From assembly GCA_964016885.1 (NCBI GenBank), contig OZ024742.1, positions 70,556,001 to 70,620,000 of the forward strand: 64,000 nucleotides of DNA, given 5' to 3'. Below, in pieces: positions 63,140 through 64,000 of the stretch. Every line of letters begins with the position of its first letter. Positions within the stretch are counted from its first letter, which is position 1. The stretch comes from Eledone cirrhosa. Taxonomy: Eukaryota. The notes under the pieces were generated by a model. The model saw only the letters and a program-made list of their open reading frames with translations, had not been told where the DNA came from and did not search any database. The position numbers and the translations under genes are program-made.

Positions 63140-64000
63140 AATTCCCTACTGCCAACTTCTCCGGATCCGCCGCCTTTGCAGCCGAGATGCGGACTTTGAG
63201 ACTCGGGCCCTTTCTCTAGTTCATCATTTCACTCGGAAGGGTTACCCCCTTCCTCATCCACGCCGCTGTTTCCCGCGCCTGCGCCGTCCACCACGCCACC
63301 GCCCTGCCATCATCACCCTCTCCACCCTCTACTCCCACTCCTTCGACTTGACCATTTCCGGTTGCGCACGCCACACTACCATTTCACTTCCTCATCGCCA
63401 TTCTCTTCTACACGAACCCGGAATTTACGACACGTGGAATCCACCCGTTATAACCCTAGATCTTCACCATCTACAGACACACACACAGACTCTTGCACCA
63501 TCTCCACACACATGCAACTACGCTCCGCACACGAACCCACATCATCTACAGACATATCACGCACCCCCTTCTCTTAAAAACAGAAACTCACACACACTTG
63601 CACATCTACACATACACCCACACTTCACCCCACACCGCCTCCGAATATGACACGATCTCATCTCATCCCATCCACCCCCCCTCCATCCACACACACACAC
63701 ACCTACACCCATACAGGGACTATACACGCACAGATACACTCCACCCCAACACACACATAATGGTTTTTCAAAGCCCACATTCACATACACTCGCTTCCTC
63801 CCAGACTCTCACACTTACATCCACACATCCACACACACTTATATCTACACTTACATTTTTTTTTAATTCTGTTTTTTTTATATATTCCTTTTAATTCTGT
63901 TTCTATTTATTTTGATTTTCATGTTTATTTTTATTTCTATTTTTCCCGTCCTTTTATGTTTTTTCCGATTAACTCCCTTCCTCACTCCCTCTCGGAGTTC
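63140..64000 (+). mobile_element. Decayed Penelope-like element, C-terminal part and pLTR, running off the window end
   Basis: IPYCQLLRIRRLCSRDADFE..FTRKGYP thumb motif, then a C/A-rich and T-rich tract like 9100-9570. Confidence 0.72.

Overview
Repeat-saturated eukaryotic DNA with no recognisable host gene. The (TA)n/(CA)n density and the tRNA-derived SINEs resemble octopus (cephalopod) DNA, which is an inference. Contents: (i) Penelope-like elements (PLEs), including a near-complete RT+GIY-YIG copy with an inverted 5' segment (1-4140). (ii) About a dozen type I hammerhead ribozyme (HHR) motifs, intact or decayed, from several families. Three families sit in 312, 429 and 530 nt permuted or tandem monomers resembling non-LTR retrozymes, and two sit in fold-back palindromes. 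(iii) A decayed Gypsy element and two R4/Dong-like RLE elements stacked in a (TACA)n tract. (iv) CRE-like, RTE and CR1/L2-like fragments. (v) A non-autonomous Helitron and a decayed RepHel Helitron. (vi) An 18 kb head-to-tail array of seven L1/Tx1-like LINEs from three subfamilies, joined only by (TATC)n tails, one with both ORFs intact. In all three subfamilies a consensus splice donor overlaps the ORF1 stop and an acceptor-like pyrimidine tract plus TAG|G coincides with the ORF2 stop, so ORF2 may be spliced out as an intron. All calls are from manual reading; no alignment, folding or database search was run.
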